A stretch of DNA of 64,000 nucleotides from Octopus bimaculoides (taxonomy: Eukaryota). Position numbers and translations under genes: made by a program. Where the stretch lies: the NCBI RefSeq assembly GCF_001194135.2, contig NC_068986.1:77046034-77110033 (forward strand). The letters are read 5' to 3'. This document shows positions 61,595 to 64,000 of the stretch, piece by piece (the first letter of the stretch is position 1; every line of letters begins with the position of its first letter). Below the pieces are notes generated by a model that worked only from the letters and a program-made list of their open reading frames with translations, made no database searches and was not told where the DNA came from.

Positions 61595-62340
61595 ATAATC
61601 ATCATCATCATCATCATCCTTGTCATTTAACGTCTGCCTTCCATGCTAGCATGGGTTGGACGATTTGACTGGAGACTGACAAACCAGATGGCTACACCAT
61701 GCTCCAATCTGATCTGGCAGAGTTTCTACAGCTGGATGCCCTTCCTAACGCCAACCACTCTGAGAGTGTAGTGAGTGCTTTTTACATGCCACCAGCACGA
61801 GGGCCAGTCCGGCAGTACTGGCAACAGCCACGCTCAAATGGTGTTTTTTACGTGCCACCTGCACAGGAGTCAGTCCAATGTTTTGTTCACATGCCACCGG
61901 CACAAGTGCCAGTAAGGCGAAGTTGGAAACGATCACGCTCAAATGGTGCCTTTTAAGGGGTCACCGACACAGAAGTGAGACCGCTGCTCTGGCAGTGATC
62001 CCGCTTGGATGGTGCTGTTAGCGCACCACTGGCATGGGTGCCAGTCATCGAATTTGGTTCAGTTTCAATCTCACTTGCTCCAACAGGTCTTTGCAAGCTG
62101 AGTTTAGTGTCCAACGAAGGAAGGTTGGCATTGGTGCCAGTCATTGAACTTGGTTTAATTTCGATTTTGATTTCACTTGCCTCAACAGGTCTTCACAAGC
62201 AGGGTTTTGTGTCCAAAGAAGGAAAAGTATGCATAATTGGGCTGGCTACATCCCTCGTAAAGGCCACAGGTTATGGTCTCACTTATCTTGCTGGGTCTTC
62301 TCACGCACAGCATATTTCCAAAGGTCTCGGTCACTAGTCA
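61595..62340 (-). mobile_element. 5'-truncated RTE LINE (ORF end, 3'UTR, (GAT)n tail) abutting tRNA-Leu
   Basis: TSDRDLWKYAVREKTQQDK*, then the family 3'UTR with GGAAGGGCATCCAGCTGTAGAAAC and the GAT tail at 61595-61617. Confidence 0.8.
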
Positions 62341-62351
62341 AAAGAAATTCT

Positions 62352-62435
62352 TGTCAGAAGTGGGATTCGAACCCACGCCGGGAAGACCCAACTGCGACCT
62401 GAACACAGCGCCTTAGACTGCTCAGCCATCCTGAC
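62352..62435 (-). tRNA. tRNA-Leu(CAG), probably a pseudogene or variant copy
   Basis: GTCAGGATGGCTGAGCAGTCTAAGGCGCTGTGTTCAGGTCGCAGTTGGGTCTTCCCGGCGTGGGTTCGAATCCCACTTCTGACA: anticodon CAG, long variable arm, intact T-loop, no encoded CCA, TTTT 9-12 nt downstream. The D-loop GG reads AG. Confidence 0.85.
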
Positions 62436-63184
62436 TAAAAATCTAAAATTATATATGAAAATTCTAGTTGAAAAAGGAAACAAATTATTGAAACCATTAA
62501 TGGATGGTTCATCCACATGGAAAGATGTGTCATCTCGTATTGTGTTATCAGATATTATCCTGGTAAAGTCTGTGTCCTTTGAAGAGTATTGACTTTGGCC
62601 AGAAATAACAATTTCAAGGAATAGGTTCAACTAGAAATTGAACCTGTGTTTCAGGCTTGAAATACTGGAGTCATGCCACTATTCCACTGTACTGGCTTTA
62701 AACTTAACATCTGCATGAAATAAATTATATAAACAAAGAATCAAATTTATTCTATTGTAGTATTTATGTGTAAGTAGACAATGTTTTGATTTAGTGGTTG
62801 TAGGGAGAAAGGGAATCTGTATAAATTATCAATGTTGAAGTATTAAGGAAAATGTAGAGTATAAATGTTGAGAAAGAAAAACATTCGGGAAACACCATTT
62901 TAAGTTGAACTAGGTTGAATCTAGAGAGACAGAATATAATGGCGGGCAATGAAAATATTATTCAACTATCAACCAGTGCACAATGAGTGTCTTGTTGTGA
63001 ATGTATATGGCTATATTTTATACGCAGGTGGGGGTAATTTAACCTACTTGTCTATTTTAGCATAGCTAAACAACAAATTCCAGTTCTCCTTTATAATGAA
63101 GTGCTTAACAAAAGGAAGGGCATTCTTTTGGTTTCTATACTAATTTCAATCAATGATCTTCCAAGTTCTTTTACAGGGCTTAGA

Positions 63185-63310
63185 AAAACTGAAGGACCAC
63201 TACCATAAGTGTGTGAATTTGAGAGGGGAATATGTTCAATAAAATCATAATTAATTGATTCTCCTGAATTTTCTTTTACCCAAAGCCAGGAACTTTTCAG
63301 CACCCCTCGT
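63185..63310 (+). mobile_element. mariner right-end remnant
   Basis: KCVNLRGEYVQ* C-terminus and ITR-like CCAGGAACTTTTCAGCACCCCTCG. Confidence 0.65.
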
Positions 63311-63490
63311 GTGCGTGCGTATACACACACACACACATACACACTTATAGATAGATAGATAGATAGATAGATTTAGCCCGAACACCCTATTTATATATAT
63401 ATATATATATATATACATCATCATCATCATCACTTAACATTTGCTTTTGCTGCTGGCAGGGATTGGACAGTTTGACTGTGAAAATAATAT

Positions 63491-63939
63491 GGGTAAAAAA
63501 TACAGAAAAATTTTCATACGAGTGTCTAGCATGTGTAATAAAGTCAATAGACAACATATTTTCATATAAAATAGTGTACAAACAATTTTAAGTATTAATT
63601 CATGAAAGAGGTGACCTTTCACAGGACACCTTACATGTTAGAAAGGGTAGTCAAAGCCCAAACCACGAATAAAAGCAATTTCAAAGGGAATGAAAGTAAA
63701 AAATATTTGAGGGTAACTACAAAAATATTTTTTAGTTTCATTCCCTATGAAATTGCTTTTATTCGTGGTTTGGGCTTTGACTGCCTTTTCTAGGATATAA
63801 GGTGCTCTGTTAAAGTCACCTCTTTCGTGGATAAATACTTAAAATTGTTTGTACACTATTATATATGAAAATATGTGGTCTATTGACTTTATTACACATG
63901 CTAGCCACTGGTATGAAAATTTCTCTAAATTTTCTACCC
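63491..63939. mobile_element. fold-back MITE, 449-bp near-perfect palindrome with GGG...CCC ends
   Basis: Arms of about 220 bp pair to a loop of about 10 nt at 63710-63719; AT-rich flanks (ATAT / TTAT). Confidence 0.85.
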
Positions 63940-63991
<52 letters not shown>

Positions 63992-64000
63992 TATTGTTGT

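Noticed and set aside
62455-62592. Short plus-strand ORF (MKILVEKGNKLL...) beside the tRNA
   Set aside because: No homology recognised and weak splice signals.

Overview
AT-rich, microsatellite- and transposon-dense animal genomic DNA with seven N-gaps. The repeat families and gene structure suggest a coleoid cephalopod, probably Octopus (inference). Genes: (1) CCT6/TCP-1 zeta on the minus strand, 15 coding exons over 29431-56942. All exons were reconstructed by eye with GT-AG borders and consistent phase; the end of exon 6 and its donor fall in an N-gap. (2) The last two coding exons of a PMP22/claudin-family tetraspan gene on the plus strand (5969-6115, 8517-8668). (3) A tRNA-Leu(CAG) copy with CpG-type mutations (62352-62435, minus). 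Most of the rest is transposon debris: HERO, R4/Dong, Tx1, CR1, RTE and Penelope-like retroelements; mariner, piggyBac, hAT, Chapaev-like and Mutator-like DNA elements; MITEs; tRNA-headed SINEs. Most interesting: a near full-length Tx1 LINE and an R4/Dong fragment head-to-head in one (ATT)n microsatellite; a tRNA whose T4 terminator is fused directly to an RTE 3' end; a long-TIR element carrying TTAGGG repeats; a mariner derivative made of two 5' ends; a SINE-born palindromic minisatellite; and a Thr codon in CCT6 that A-to-I editing would convert to the conserved Ala. No database searches were run; family names come from recognised motifs.
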